A program made the position numbers and the translations under genes. The notes beneath the pieces were generated by a model that saw only the letters and a list, made by a program, of their open reading frames with translations, was not told where the DNA came from and ran no database searches. Shown here piece by piece: positions 1-12,925 of a stretch of DNA of 64,000 bases. Within the stretch, counting starts at the first letter, position 1, and each line of letters opens with the position of its first letter. This stretch comes from Ranitomeya imitator (taxonomy: Eukaryota), in contig NC_091284.1 of the NCBI RefSeq assembly GCF_032444005.1, positions 667,988,001 to 668,052,000 of the forward strand. Reading direction: 5' to 3'.

Positions 1-1362
1 TTGGTCAGAACTATACTGTCTGGCTTTATCCCCCACGGTATCCCTTTGGATAAATGTAGCGGGTCTAGCCACCGAACTAGACTGTTGACCATGGCGACCG
101 ACAACCGCAATTTTCCTCTCAGATGACCCTACAGCCTCCTTTCTACTTCGAGCACCTCGTTCTGCAGTGTCCTGGTGTGGAACTGAGCCCACCGTACAGC
201 TGGCATGCAAGATCTCATGGAACCCAGCAGGGACATTGCGTCTCAATGTCAGATCCGGATTGTCTCCTACTCCCCTGACCTTGCGGATGATGGACAACTT
301 TTTATCCTCCGGTAGAAAACAATGTTGATCTACTGAGTCCAGATGAATGCCAAGGAATTTCTGATGGGTTGAGAGAACTAGCCGAAACTTCTCCAGATTG
401 ACTAGCCACACGAGACCCGGAACGGATGATATTATATGGTTTAGCCGGGTACTGCACTGGACGTCCGACTCCCCTATTAGGAAATCGTCCACATATGGTA
501 AGACCAGGGTATCCTGTTGTCTCAAATAGGCCATGACTTCCGCAATTACTTTAGTAAAAACACATGGTGCCATGGACAGACCGAATGGCATAGCGGGGAA
601 TTGAAAATGCGTAACCTCGTCACCTAGCTGTTCCCCCACTTTGAGATATTGCTGGTGATACTGGTAAGTAGGCAGATGGTAGTATTCATCCTTTAAATCC
701 AGGACTGTCATGAAACACCTGGGAAACAGAAGTTTAGTTGCACACTCAATGGATTCCATTTTAAAAGTATGACACTGCAGGAACCTATTTAGCTTCCACA
801 AATTTATAATGGTTCTAAAAGAACCATCAGGTTTGGAAATTAGGAATAAGGAAGAATAAAACCATTTGCATTCCTGGCCCCTAGGGACTTCCACCAGGAC
901 CCTCTTTTTCCTCAACTGTAAAATTTCCATTTCCAGGGTCCGCTGCCGATCGGGGGAATTTTTGAAAGTTGTTAACAGGAAGGAGTCCGGAGGAATAATC
1001 CGAAACCCCAATTTTAGCCCGGATGATATAATAATACCAAGGATCCAGGCGCTAGATGTTATATGGACTTACAGATTGTAAAAATATTTTAATCTACTGC
1101 CCACCAGGATATTAGGGCTAGCGATAGTTGCGCCTACGCTTGGATGATGAAGCCCCACCGAAGTAAGCACCTCTCCGCTTTGGTTCTGCCTGCTCCCAGT
1201 CTTGGTCTGCATATTTCCTTTGGAAGTATGACTGCTTCTTAAAGGTGTTTCTGAAAGCAGGGGTAGACAATTTAGGGAACCCTTTCTCTCTGTCACTTGC
1301 TTTCGTGAGGATTTCATCCAGCACGGGGCCAAATATGTACTCACCCCGGCATGGAATGGCAC
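1..1362 (-). pseudogene. DIRS ORF2 reverse transcriptase/RNase H, disrupted by stops and frameshifts
   Basis: YVDD at 484-495; PFGLSMAPCVFTK at ~550-590; in-frame stop at 1069; overlaps the end of ORF1 as is typical of DIRS. Confidence 0.88.
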
Positions 1363-2581
1363 AATTTTGCTCTAGCATGCGCGTCCCCCTACCAGCTATT
1401 CAGCCAGATCACTCAGCAGGCAGCGTTCGACAGCCAGCAGAACTAGCACCCAACCGTAGAGAATCCACTGAAGCATCTGCAAGGTAAGCCACCCCGTCCA
1501 CAGATTTGTGAGAGGAAGTCTAGCAACTTGTCTCTAGTGATCTTAGAACATAACTGATCCTCCAGCTGGTCCAGCCAGACTATCATGGATCCGGCGGTGC
1601 AGGTACTTGCAATTGCTGGCTTAAAAGCCCCAGCTGATGACTCCCACACCCACTTCAGGAGCATGTGTTTTTCTGTCAGATGGATCCTTCAGAAGAATTC
1701 CGTCTTCCAGCAGTAGTGCAGATCTCTTTGATGAGGAGGCCACGGCCGCATCCACCTTAGGAATCTTAACCTATTCTGCCAGTACATCATTCTCAAATGG
1801 GTATCTCCGTTTTGCGGCGGATGGCAGGAATCTGTTATCCTGCTTATCCCATTCCCTCTTAATGAGGCTTTTAACTGCGTCAATTACCAGGAAGGACTTG
1901 CGAGTCATCTGACACAAGCCTGCAAACATGAGGTCCTGAGCCGATTTGGGCCCTCTACTGTCCTTGACCCCAATGGTGGCTCACACCGACCTCACCAATG
2001 AGTTCATATTTTCTATGGGGAAGCAAGGCCTCCCCTCCTTGTCCGAAGATGATGGGGACTCTGAGGATTAAAACTGCTGCCCCCCCATCGACAGACTAGA
2101 TCCTGAGCTCACCCCAACGCTAGCTCTTTTATGGGCCTTTCCCTTAAGGGATCTTCTAATTTCTTCCCTGATGACAGCCCTTAGATCCGAAGTACGAACA
2201 GGAGCCTCCTCCTCTAGGGTCTAGCATATGCAGGACTGGCAAAGCCTTTTAGCATAGCAGTCAGGCAGGGGTACTCTGCAAAAAGCACATTGCTTGTGCT
2301 TAGTCTTTGCTGACTTCTTAACCTGGGAATAGAGCACAGAAGGGGGAAATTCAGCTTACCAGGTGATCATACACACACTCACCAACCGAAGCGGTGTCTC
2401 AGAGTACCGGTTCCGGAGGAGGGGATCCAGTGCACAACGTACGGGTCCCAGATGGCTGCTGGCCCCATTCACCATTCTTGCTAGCGGTCTTGCTCACCCT
2501 GGAATGACCACTGCCGCTGCTACTTTTGCGCTGCTCAGACACCTCAGCAGGCTGTGCCTCCATATCCCCCAGAGAGGACAT
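1118..2581 (-). pseudogene. DIRS ORF1 (gag-like), with candidate intron 2323-2497
   Basis: ATG at 2581 (MSSLGDMEAQ...SR), Cys-rich KHKQCAFCRVPLPDCYAKRLCQSC at ~2230-2300, C-terminal GEYIFGPVLDEIL segment ending at 1118; several stops and frameshifts. Confidence 0.75.
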
Positions 2582-3840
2582 TCTTGCTGCACACTGCTGC
2601 AGCCCCGGCGTCCGCCTAAGAAGGCCCGGCCATGCCTCCTCTCCTCCACTTCTGGGTCACAGGCGCTTTATTGCTGCTGCCGGAAGACGATGCCGGACAG
2701 CTTTCTGGATGAACGCAAGGAGCCCCACTCCACCTGTGTTGCACCCGCGTGACCCAGGGTGGCCTCCCCCCGGACCCTGGGATCGCGACATCCATCTGCC
2801 AGACGAGGAGGGGGTCTGCGTGCAGAGCACCCCCGACCCTGCTTCTGGCGTCCCAGGCTCTGCCGTTCCCTCAGATACCGCACAGAAGCTGCTGGGACCC
2901 AGGTATGCTTGTCTTCCCGCAGGTTCCCACTTCAAGACAGGAACCCAACTGAGGAGGCGAGGGGACCGCCCCCGTTTTTACCTGTAGGTTCCTGTCCTGA
3001 TGGTGGGCAGATCCCCTCTCTCGTTGGGTGCTGTCGAGGCGATTTGAAAAAAATGTTGTGCACCCTTATGAAAAACTACAACACAAAAGGATAGTAAATT
3101 TAGGGCAAATGTGATGAGTTTCCAGCCTTATGATATTGATGACTTATCGGTAGGAACTGCAGCTCAACTCCTGTTCTACTGAATAAGACAACCCCTTTAA
3201 ACTAATACAAACCATGCGATTACTACAAGACTAGGAATTAAAACAAACAAAAAAAGGACCTAAGTCAATTTTACATGAACAAATTTGCTACTTTATAAAT
3301 CGCTCTTTACTGAACGTTCGTCAGGTAGATCACAACCAGTGCACATTTTCTATTTCCTTGGTTTTGTATGGAAAAGTACAAACTTGTTTACACTTTGGAT
3401 AAACCAACATTTTTTATTTTTTATTGTAATGTATACATTTGTGGAGATTTTCTTATCCCTATATTTGCCAGCCAAAGTTAATAAACATGTTAGGGACAAT
3501 TATTTATATTCCTAGAAATTCCTTTAACTGCAAAAGGTATTTAATAAACACAGTCGGACATTACCTGTTTCCTCCCCATGACGCATTGGTTTCACATAAC
3601 CACCATGAACTGTGATTAATGAGCATTTGGATAGAACTGAAAAAGTTGGCCCCGCTTTTGTTATAACAATTGCACAGCAGCTGTTCAGATCTGCACATGC
3701 GAGGAGCTGGCAAAACAGAGGGTTTCCCCACAATGAGGATTTAATCTGCGTATGAAACGGTTATCACCGAGACCCAGGCGGCAGAAAGAGAATCCGGGCA
3801 GAAGGTGCAAAGAAACACTAATGTTCAGGACACATGAGCA

Positions 3841-4109
3841 CTTAAGCGGCCCTGCGCTTAGTTACCCGATGTTTACCCTGGTTACCAGTGAAGACATCGC
3901 TGGATCGGTGTCACACACGCCGATCCAGCGATGTCAGCAGGAGTCCAGCGACGAAATAAAGTTCTGGACTTTATTCAGCGACCAACGATCTCCCAGCAGG
4001 GGCCTGATCGTTGGTCGCTGTCACACATAACGATTTCATTAACGATATCGTTGCTACGTCATAAATAGCAACGATATCGTTAACAATATCGTTATGTGTG
4101 AAGGTACCT
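3841..4109. mobile_element. Truncated copy of the palindromic AGGTACC-terminated MITE family
   Basis: Shares gcgcttagttacccgatgtttaccctggttacc and aacgatatcgtt modules with copies at 28060, 35501 and 52020; ends gtgtgaaggtacct followed by TTA. Confidence 0.85.
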
Positions 4110-4112
4110 TTA

Positions 4113-4331
4113 GGCTCTGTTCACATGTCCAGTAGTGATCAGATAGAATGGACCCAGCAGCAATCCATTGTCAAAAAAGTTGTGTAGACCACTTTAGTCC
4201 ATTTTTAAACAACTGTTATAGTTATAACAGTTGTTTAAAAACAGACTAAAGTTGTGTGTGCAACTTTTTTTGCCAATGGATTGCTGCTGGATCCATTCTA
4301 TCTGATCACTACTAGATTTGTGAATATAGCC
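4113..4331. mobile_element. Fold-back MITE (PIF/Harbinger-like, TTA flanks)
   Basis: Near-perfect 219-bp palindrome (ggctctgttcaca...tgtgaatatagcc; cagtagtgatcagatagaatgga / tccattctatctgatcactact); TTA at 4110-12 and 4332-34. Confidence 0.85.
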
Positions 4332-4832
4332 TTACACCCAACACAATTAAACCTCTACACACAGTATATATTAATTAACATGTTAATTCTTAATTATATC
4401 CAGGAAATGAATCGCACAGCTTAAAGAAGCTTCTATGAAAATTAATGCTTTCATGTTTTAATTATGAGGAAATAAGTTAATTGTTTTTGGATTATTATAT
4501 TTTGCATTGTTTTTATACCCATTTACCCCTTCTCAGGTATGTATGTCAGATTACAAATAATCCATTCCTGCCGATTGAAGCAAATACGGTACTTCCATTA
4601 GCATTCACAGGCACAAGGGAAAGGTTTTGTACCATATGTCTTATAGGTACATAAAATCGCCCATTTAGTCCTACCATTACCTACCTTCCAGCTTAATTAT
4701 TTAATGAAAGGTGAGTGCAATATGCTGTCATGCTCTACACATTTATCCATCATTGATTCCTGAAGACCTTTTGCATTGTACATTTCTTTGCTTTTTCAAA
4801 TATTCACACCACTGTACATAACGATGGTTTAA

Positions 4833-4936
4833 AGGGATTGTCCAGCTTTTGGCTACAAAGTCGCTGACTGCAGACTTGTGACTCCTCACATCACATGCAC
4901 TGTGTGCCATGATGATTCTAAGGACGAACAACCCCG
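4833..4936. mobile_element. Short T2/Kolobok-type MITE (TTAA-AGGG...CCC-TTAA)
   Basis: ttaa agggattgtcc ... ggacgaacaaccccg ttaa. Confidence 0.6.
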
Positions 4937-5279
4937 TTAAATACACATAATATGAAGATTGACTTGAATGAACCGATTGTTATTGCCCTCAGACTGGTAG
5001 GTGACCCGGTAGTAAGTAGCAGCAGCATTTTTGGGAGAGGAAAGAGGATAATATAGAAGATACATAGATTCAATTTTTTAATATAACCTCACCCTTGGCA
5101 TATTGGCAATAACTTAAGTAGGGAAAAACCTGAGAAAAAAATTGAACACAACTTGTAATCCCATTACTTTTAAATGAAGGCTATAAAAGTGATAGAAAAC
5201 TTTTTTTTTAGGTCTTTTTTTATAGGGGCCCTCTTGGTTGGTTGGTTGGTTGGTTGGTACCCACCTAAACCATAATCAC

Positions 5280-5285
5280 TTTATT
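5280..5285 (-). terminator. Candidate NCKAP5L polyadenylation signal AATAAA (alternative at 5743-5748)
   Basis: Minus strand reads tgtataaagagtacAATAAAgtgatta, ~1.47 kb downstream of the stop and after a very U-rich 3' UTR. No transcript evidence. Confidence 0.4.
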
Positions 5286-6750
5286 GTACTCTTTATACAA
5301 GAAATTTTAGCATAAGGATTATTATATTGTTTGTGTAAATGGAGTTCTAGTCATTTGCGCTGTATGCAAATAAGCTGCTACAAGTCATCTGGGTGCTGCC
5401 ATTCTGAGTAATCATCGTGTAGCCGGAGAATACACTTTCACTAAACTTGGCTGGAGACATGGCTTCAGTCTGCATTACCCCGGAACAGCAGCACCCAGAT
5501 GACTTATGGCATTTTTATCTTTCTTACATAATGAAATTTCATACAGGTTAATAAAAAAAAAACAAAAGCCTTTAAAATAGCTAAAAATAACATGACTGTG
5601 TTATTTATAAGTGTACAAAGCTGCATTTCTGAATTCAGAATAAGAAAAAAAATAAAATTAAAAATAAAGTCAGGAGGTCTGCATAACTACATTAAATTCT
5701 ATATACTAAAGAAATTCAGACTTTTGTATTTTAGATTTTTTTTTTATTTTTAGCTTAAAAGAAAGTGAGGCAGAAAAAACAAACAGTCACAATAACTTAT
5801 ATAAATAAAAGAAAAACAAGAGACTGGTATAAAAGAATAAAAAAGGGGGAATGGGAATAAGAGGAGAAACCTGCCGAAAGGATATTTTCCTGGTTAGCAC
5901 CATCTTAAGAGAAACAGCAAAAAAAAAAAAAAAACACAAAAAATAATAAAACGCATTGAAAAAAAAAAAACTAAACAATTTACAGAAATAAAAATATATA
6001 TTTTATATAAAACAGCACATATATAAACAAAGAAAAAAAAAATAAAATAAAGGGGCCACGGGTGAAAAAGGTCACATCAAGTCAAACTAGTCAATGCTCC
6101 CTAATAATCACAGAGACTTCCAGATATGCAGCTAAAATAAATGGACTGTGTCCACACTTACTCCCTGATATAAAAGCTAAAGATAGTAAAGTTGGTATTC
6201 TGCTTCTGGATCAGTGCATTAATGCATTGCTGGGATATTGATCAGAGAGACACAGATGTGAGGTATGCTATTAACCCGTTGTTCCCCTTCACCTTCCTGC
6301 AGTGAATGACATAGCCGCTGGTGGTATAGATGCATAGTAAAGGGGTAGCCCATATAAGCCAAAAAAACACGAACAAAAAAACAAACAAAAAACACAAGAA
6401 CAAAGGTAATCTACAAAGAGGGGAAGGGCAGTAACTCAAGAGGAAGAGCAAGTTCGAAACCCTCCACAGTCTTGGAAAGAACGAGGCAGAAAATGAGGCA
6501 ACAGTTCAGCGGTATTTCATGACCTTTACCTGTAAGGCCAGAGGCAGCAAGACATTTCTAATACTTGGGATTTTTGAGGCTCATGTGGGGAGTACAAGGT
6601 CATTCTAGAGGAGCAACCAACAAGGTCATGGAAAGGACAGACTCCACATGGAATAGCACCCACATATCAGCTGAAAATGTCAATCTACTTTTGGAGAGCT
6701 TGTAAAGATGTCAGGCAGCATGACAATTCATGGGTTGAAGGAATGTTCTA

Positions 6751-6981
6751 TCAGCCTTGGCTACCACAGGAAGACAGGCTGTCATATAATGAATCACTCA
6801 GAGATTCAGAGTTCTCCAGCCCAGTCTGACCCTGTTCGTTATCTCGGGATTTGGCTTCACTTGTACCCTCATCTCCAACTTCAGAAGTGCTAGGTGTGCG
6901 ACTGCTCACACTGCCCGGAAAACAAAGGGAGGAATGTGGGTAACCAGACATATCACAGTCTCTGTCACCCTCGGACGGGAT
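6751..6981 (-). CDS. NCKAP5L: NCKAP5L last coding exon (IPSEGDRD...SESLSDSLYDSLSSCGSQG*)
   Basis: Acceptor ttttatcttttacag|ATC, phase 0; TGA at 6751-53; conserved C-terminus. Confidence 0.95.
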   Translation of the reverse strand: MPSEGDRDCDMSGYPHSSLCFPGSVSSRTPSTSEVGDEGTSEAKSRDNEQGQTGLENSESLSDSLYDSLSSCGSQG

Positions 6982-7380
6982 CTGTAAAAGATAAAAAGTG
7001 GAAAATTACTAAAAATATATTTCAGTTCTTAAGCACAGTAATTTCTTCCAATTATTTTCATAGATCCGCCTTCGAGATGTATAGTCCACTTCCCTACTAT
7101 TCACTTTAGAGTCCCACCGAAAACTTGACATACAAATTAGACAAAAGTCGGGTTTCAGATTTTGCAGAATGAGTCAACAATCCAGTGTAAATAGGGTCAG
7201 ATTGTTGGCCCTCTAGAAGGGCATAAAAATGAGGCAGGTTGGATTTAAAGACGATTTGTCATAAAGTCAAGTCACTAATATTTGCTCTTATTGTATTCTC
7301 GCTGCTCGTCCAAGTAATCTTTTTTTAATTTATTTTTTTAAATCCAAAGCTGAGGCGGACTGCAAGCTATTCCTGGGCTG

Positions 7381-7750
7381 TGTGTGGTGCCACAGAGGGG
7401 TCACCACTAGTGTGTGGCGTCACAGAAGGGACACAACTAGTGTGTGGCGTCACAGAGGGGACACCACTAGTGTGTGGCGTCACAGAGGGGACACAACTAG
7501 TGTGTGGCGTCACAGAGGGGACACAACTAGTGTGTGGAGTCACAGAGGGGACACCACTAGTGTGTGGAGTCACAGAGGGGACACCACTAGTGTGTGGCGT
7601 CACAGAGGGGACAACTAGTGTGTGGCGTCACAGAGGGGACACAACTAGTGTGTGGCGTCACAGAGGGGACACAACTAGTGTGTGGCGTCACAGAGGGGAC
7701 ACAACTAGTGTGTGGCGTCACAGAGGGGACACCACTAGTGTGTGGCGTCA
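7381..7750. repeat. 30-bp minisatellite, ~12 copies (tgtgtggcgtcacagaggggacac[a/c]actag)
   Basis: Direct tandem units visible; one unit is 28 bp. Lies in the last intron. Confidence 0.95.
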
Positions 7751-7770
7751 CAAAAATGAGGGTACTGTTA

Positions 7771-8760
7771 GGGTAAGTTCACACAGAGCATTTTTGCTGC
7801 GTTTTTTCTTTGCAGCAAAACCTGATCTTCTTGGGAGGAAAGAAGCTGTGCCAGTTTATGTGTGTTTATCGCGTTTTTTTCATGCACTTTGTTCTCTTTG
7901 TGCATGCCAATAAAGTTGAGTGCACACAGAAAAAAAAATGCCTGTAGATCAATAGAATGAATAGATAGATTACCTGCGGTAACCTCTTCACTGGCATTTT
8001 CCTACGGTCCAGAGGTTACCTCACAGGTCAGGCTGTGAGGGAGCGCAGGCTTGGTGACGTCAGCGATAGTTGCGGAGACTGCGCCCGCTCCGTCTCATTC
8101 ATTCCCCAGTAGCTTACAGCCAGGAGCAGTCACATTAGCAGTGCTCCCAGTTGTAAGCTTTATCTCCTCAGATACTGCATGGGACATTCGTTATATTGGA
8201 CTACGTCAGATCAGGGAGTATTTGTGTTGGTTTATTTTTATTTCAGAAGATCGAGGGCTTCGCATGGAATGGAAGAATAATAAAATGGTAAATTGTATAT
8301 TGTTTTATTTCATTAAAATACTTCTTACTGTGTGTTTAACCCTTTAAGTACTATAGGATTAGTAATGGATAGGTATCTTATTGACACCTCTCCATTACTA
8401 ACCTGGCTTAATGTCACCTTGCAATAAGAAAGTGACATTAATCCGTCATTACCCCGCTTGCCACCACTACAGGGCAAGTGGGAAGAGCCAGGCAAAGCGC
8501 CAGAATTGTCGCATCTAATAGATGCGCCTTTTTTGGGCAGCTGCAGGCTGCTATTTTTAGGCTGGGGAGGCCTATATCAATGGCCCCTTACCAGCCTGAG
8601 AATACCAGCCCCCAGCTGGGAGCTTTAGCAAGGCTGGTTGTCAAAAATGGGGGGGACAACTACAATCAGAAACAACCAACTGTGAGTCACTGGATTTTTC
8701 AGTACAGTGCACCTATAGGTCTATATGGTCGTCTGCAGAGCATTTGTGTGGAACTGGAAT
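7771..8760. mobile_element. Composite or degenerate non-autonomous DNA transposon(s)
   Basis: Starts tta gggtaagttcacac (MITE-type TIR); internal short hairpins (aatgtcacctt..aaagtgacatt, gcatctaatagatgcg). Right end uncertain. Confidence 0.5.
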
Positions 8761-10739
8761 CCATCACTATTTGGTCACTGTATAGTGGTAATATAAGTGC
8801 AGTGGTTTCTTTTTATTAATTATCAGTATGGTATTGGTATTATTTGCTCACTATTTCACTATGTGGTAGCAATATATGGTCATAGTTTGGCGGTCCGGTA
8901 TATAGTACTATTCTTAACATTGAGGTCTGTATACTAGATTTAGCTCAGTAGCAGCAAGTTTTATCTGATGACTACAACATTATCTTGTAGCTACATATAT
9001 ATCTAGAAGGATAGATGTCTTCATAGATCCAAAGCAATGCTCATTGTGCATAAGTACATACACAACATGCGGGTGCTGGGGCCTAGACCTAAATGTTGGC
9101 AGGGGGTCACAAACTCTGGTAGCTCCCATGAAGTTCATTCTAAACTCACCCACTCAGTCCTGATCTTTACCCAGCGCTCTGCACTAGTTATGCCATGCCT
9201 CAATTTCTCCTTGTAGCAGGACACACCGGTATGGCCTATTAATAAGTAGAAAGGAGGCCAGCTTTTTTGGAATTACAATTTGAGTACAGTAAATATTGAT
9301 TTCCCTAAATATCGGGCAGGGCAATTCTGCATTTGAGACACCCTCTCTCCACTTCTTGTTAAATATTGGGGGCAGCATGGGCCAATATACCTTCTAATAT
9401 TATAGATAAGGTCAGTGCCTGGCCCTCCCTGGTGACAATTTTTGCCAGTCATTCTTGCCCTACACACTTAAAAATACTTGTCAACGCAAGTAAAAACCAA
9501 TATCCCAAATTGACAGAATACGGACTTAGAAGAGATGTAAGTGATCAGCCCACGGAATTCCAGTTTCCCCGAAAATGCTATATTAACAATTTATGGGTTG
9601 ATCCGCAATCTGTGACTCATTTATGGTACTTCTATAATTCCTTTTCAGTTTATATACCCTCTGTAAAATGAACTCTATGTGGTCTGGATCATTACCTGCA
9701 AAATGGAGGGACTATGTAAAAAATGTCTAACTCCTAAATAGTTAATACAATATTTTTATAAAGCCCCTTGAATTGCAGAGGAAAGTCCATATTCAATCGC
9801 ATCTTGATTGCGGTGTTTCACATCTATTGTGTCAGTGGTATAGAGACTCCATTCTGAAAATGCAGTCGCAATCTGATTACTTCTGGACCTGACTCCATGA
9901 GTGTCCGATTTCCTCAATGTTAATGCTGGGCTGCAGTGAAATACATAGGAAAGCCCTTTTAGTCTCAGAAATATCCTGAGCCGGTAACAGAAAATAAGAG
10001 CTAATTACTTTTCAATTAAGTGGTTCTCCCCACACACCACCGACAAGGGGCCCTGGGTTCTCCTCTCTGGTGACACTTCACTCCCTTATTTCCTGGAGGT
10101 AAACTATAGATGTGATTATCCCTGTCTCTGCTCTGACGCAATCTTGCTCATTTGCTGCTTCTACCATGATTGACTTGTGTAGATGGCGATAAAGTGGTTT
10201 GTTAAAAGACCTCTAATTAGTCACTAGAACGCAGTGAGAATATCATTTCTGCCACCAAATGTTGCACAAATATAATACTGTACTGAAAAAACAATTGCAC
10301 ATAATGGCATGTGATATTCCTTCCCTTTAACTGTATATATTTGCATGGCTTCTTCATATTTTAGACTCATACACAATTATATTAACTCCATACAAGGGTC
10401 CAATGGAGACCGAACAGCACCAGTATTGGGGGGAAAAATGTCCCTACTGTACCACCCGATATATATGGCAGCATGTGGAGATTTCATTCATTTAAAGGGC
10501 ATACTCAGGATTAGAAAAAAAAGGTTGTGCTCCATCCCCTCCACCTACTTACAGGGGTACCCATTGCTCATGGTATTACATCTCCGCGCCAGTGACCTGC
10601 ATAAGACTGCAATACCAAAGACCATGGACAATTGTGGCACAATTTTCACAATTAGATCGGCTCTTGATCAGCATTTTGTTATTATGCACAGAATTGGTGT
10701 GGTTTAAGCTGCAGGATCTTCTTCAAAGCAACATATTAA

Positions 10740-11225
10740 AGGGATTATCCAGGACTAATTTTTTTATTTTTTTTTTTAACTACGAGCCAAAGAACTAAGA
10801 GGCAGGTAGTTGCCAACTACTTACTTATTGTGCCTGGCACCCGGTCAGAGCTGTCACAGGCTGCCGCATCTGGCTATTCTGCTGCTTCACGCCAACAGCG
10901 CAGCTCTTCCTCTTCTGGGCTGCTCAGTCGATGGGGCGTGAATGCCGACATTACAGCCAGCCTCCCACAGTTAGGACTATGGGGAGCCAGCTGTCAATCA
11001 GAATGACATCAGCAGTGACACCCCATTAACAGGGCAGATCGGGAGAGAAGAAGCAGCTTTGTTGATGTGGCGTCAGCAGAATCGCTGGTAGGACCGGTCT
11101 GTGACCACTCTGAGCTGGCATAGATCGGCGGTGGGTGGAACAGGCAGTTAGGTAGCAACTGCCTGCCTGTTAGTTGTTAGGCCCATAAAAATATATATAT
11201 ATATATATAGCCTGGATAAACCTTT
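10740..11225. mobile_element. T2/Kolobok-type MITE
   Basis: ttaa agggattatccagg ... cctggataaaccttt ttaa; subterminal inverted aggcaggtagttgcc / gcaactgcctgcct. Confidence 0.75.
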
Positions 11226-11310
11226 TTAAGGCAGCCTTGATTTTAAAAAGAAAAAAAAGCCTTCAGTTAGACAATAAGCCAGATTTGGAGATTTGGTACT
11301 GTACCCTTAC

Positions 11311-11426
11311 CTCCTCCAGCTCATGTACTCTAGTTCTAAAGTTCTCTGTAGAGCCTGCGTTGACCTTTGCATTGGGAAATGTCCAGTTCTTGCCTTGTTG
11401 TGGCAGACTACGATCTCTATTGGAAT
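11311..11426 (-). CDS. NCKAP5L: NCKAP5L coding exon 10 ((D)SNRDR...GKNWTFPN...HELEE)
   Basis: ttcttatcttacag|AT ... GAG|gtaagg; 116 nt, phase 1 to 0; KNWTFPN motif. Confidence 0.93.
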
Positions 11427-11887
11427 CTGTAAGATAAGAAAATAGAAATGCAGTTAAAGGCCATACACAATAAATAGCGGTCCCATCCCCAATACACATG
11501 CGTACGCCTTTTGGACAAGCCTGCTCATATGTAAAATTAATAAGTTTCTGCTCAATCACGCCCTATCCTTTACTCAAAAATTATCTGTCAGGGGAGGGCT
11601 GGGAGGATCCCATACACAAGATAATTTGTCTACACCAGCCTATTTTACTAATGTGTTTTTGGAGTGACCCCAACATTGGCATGAATGGCTGATGCTTAAG
11701 CTGTACATATTTACATCAGTAAGAAATTACTACTAGAAGAATTTTGCTTTATCCCTAAATATACACAAATGGTGAACTATGTAATGCTCAATGACATTAA
11801 TCTCTAATTTACCTAATGTAGACACCAGGAAAGTACACTGCTACTACCACCGTTAACACATTGGTTTGAATGGTAGAAAACACAAAC

Positions 11888-12190
11888 CTTCTCCATACAT
11901 CCTATGACTTATGGCCGGTTCTGGTTCTGTCAAAAGTGCATGGAACGCTGGGACACTCTGGTGTTGTCCACTTGGGAACATCTCCTCCACACCTCGCATG
12001 TCCCTTTCCAAGGTCCTAGCTCTTCGGGGTACCTTGGGGAAGGCAGAAAACCTTCCCACTGGAAGGACAGAAGGAGAGTCTAGCCTAGATTTTAATTTTG
12101 GGGTATTTTTGTTAGGAGTCCCTCCACAGTAATCCGGAGGAGGAAATGTCCCAATACCACTGTCCAGAGTCCGAGTGAGTGAATCACAAG
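11888..12190 (-). CDS. NCKAP5L: NCKAP5L coding exon 9 ((A)CDSLTRTLDSGIGTFPPPD...MYGE)
   Basis: ccactccatag|CT ... GAAG|gtttgt; 303 nt, phase 1 to 1. Confidence 0.95.
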
Positions 12191-12591
12191 CTATGGAGTG
12201 GGGGGAAATGAAAATTAGTTAAAACAATAATAATGTTAGGAGTCAAAAAATAGATTTGAAAAGAAATGTGGTATGAAATGGAAATAATGAAGCAAAAAGG
12301 TAGGAGTATGGAAGGAATATTCATATACATATGGAAGGAGTATTGCATGAGGTATGACAATTATTTATGCATTAACGAGTTAATCTATTAATAAAATGCT
12401 TTACTTAAAAGATATGTTGTGCTACAAATAACTTTTTTTTATGCCCAAAACCAAAGATTTAAATTTAAAAAATAGTAAATGGAAATACTGGACAAGCAAG
12501 ATATGGCTTAAGGGTTAGAGAGAGCAATAGGCCAATTCTTCAATTAAAAAAAGAAAAAGCAATGTGAAGGAAACCAATCAGAAAATTCTAC

Positions 12592-12658
12592 CTGCAAAGT
12601 GCTGTGAAGTAATAGACTCTGAAATCCGCTCATCTGGAGGCAGAACCACCTCTCGGTT
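12592..12658 (-). CDS. NCKAP5L: NCKAP5L coding exon 8 (NREVVLPPDERISESITSQHFA)
   Basis: tttttatcaacag|AAC ... GCAG|gtagaa; 67 nt, phase 0 to 1, bridging the neighbouring exons in frame. Confidence 0.88.
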
Positions 12659-12759
12659 CTGTTGATAAAAAAACAAAAAAATAAAATAACTAGTAACATT
12701 TCCTGTTTTTACATCTGACCTCTTCTTCCAAAAAATGAACTTTAATTCCAGGCCTTTAC

Positions 12760-12925
12760 CTGATCCAAACTCTTCTGCTCACAACGCTGCACATGTGCCA
12801 CCATCCCATTCCTTGGTGAACGGAATGGACGCACTTCCTTATTCTCTGGTGATAATCTAGGAAAGTCGCGAAGTGGTGTCTTCCCATCCAGACGGCCTTC
12901 TGCAGGAACCTCTTTTCCATCCACC
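12760..12925 (-). CDS. NCKAP5L: NCKAP5L coding exon 7 ((R)VDGKEVP...SPRNGMV...SLDQ)
   Basis: cttag|G GTG GAT ... CAG|gtaaag; 166 nt, phase 2 to 0. Confidence 0.92.

Larger units (their letters stand above)
1..3053 (-). mobile_element. DIRS1-like (tyrosine-recombinase) retrotransposon, decayed; 3' part lies outside the window
   Basis: Minus-strand translation gives DIRS ORF2 hallmarks (VGSRLKYFY..ITSSAWILGII, FYSSLFLIP..DGSFRTIINL, FKMES, DLKD, MPFGLSMAPCVFTK, PYVDDFL). ORF1 hallmarks are also present (CAFC..C..RLCQSC zinc finger; IPCRGEYIFGPVLDEIL). Putative left end TTTCAAATCGCCTCGACAGCACCC at ~3050. Confidence 0.9.

Noticed and set aside
2363-3094. GC-rich plus-strand ORFs of 110-153 aa
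   Set aside because: Antisense to the DIRS 5' region; no recognisable motifs.
7367-7913. Repetitive ORFs (MTPHTSGVPSV..., MCGATEGSPLV...)
   Set aside because: Translations of a 30-bp minisatellite; open in several frames on both strands.
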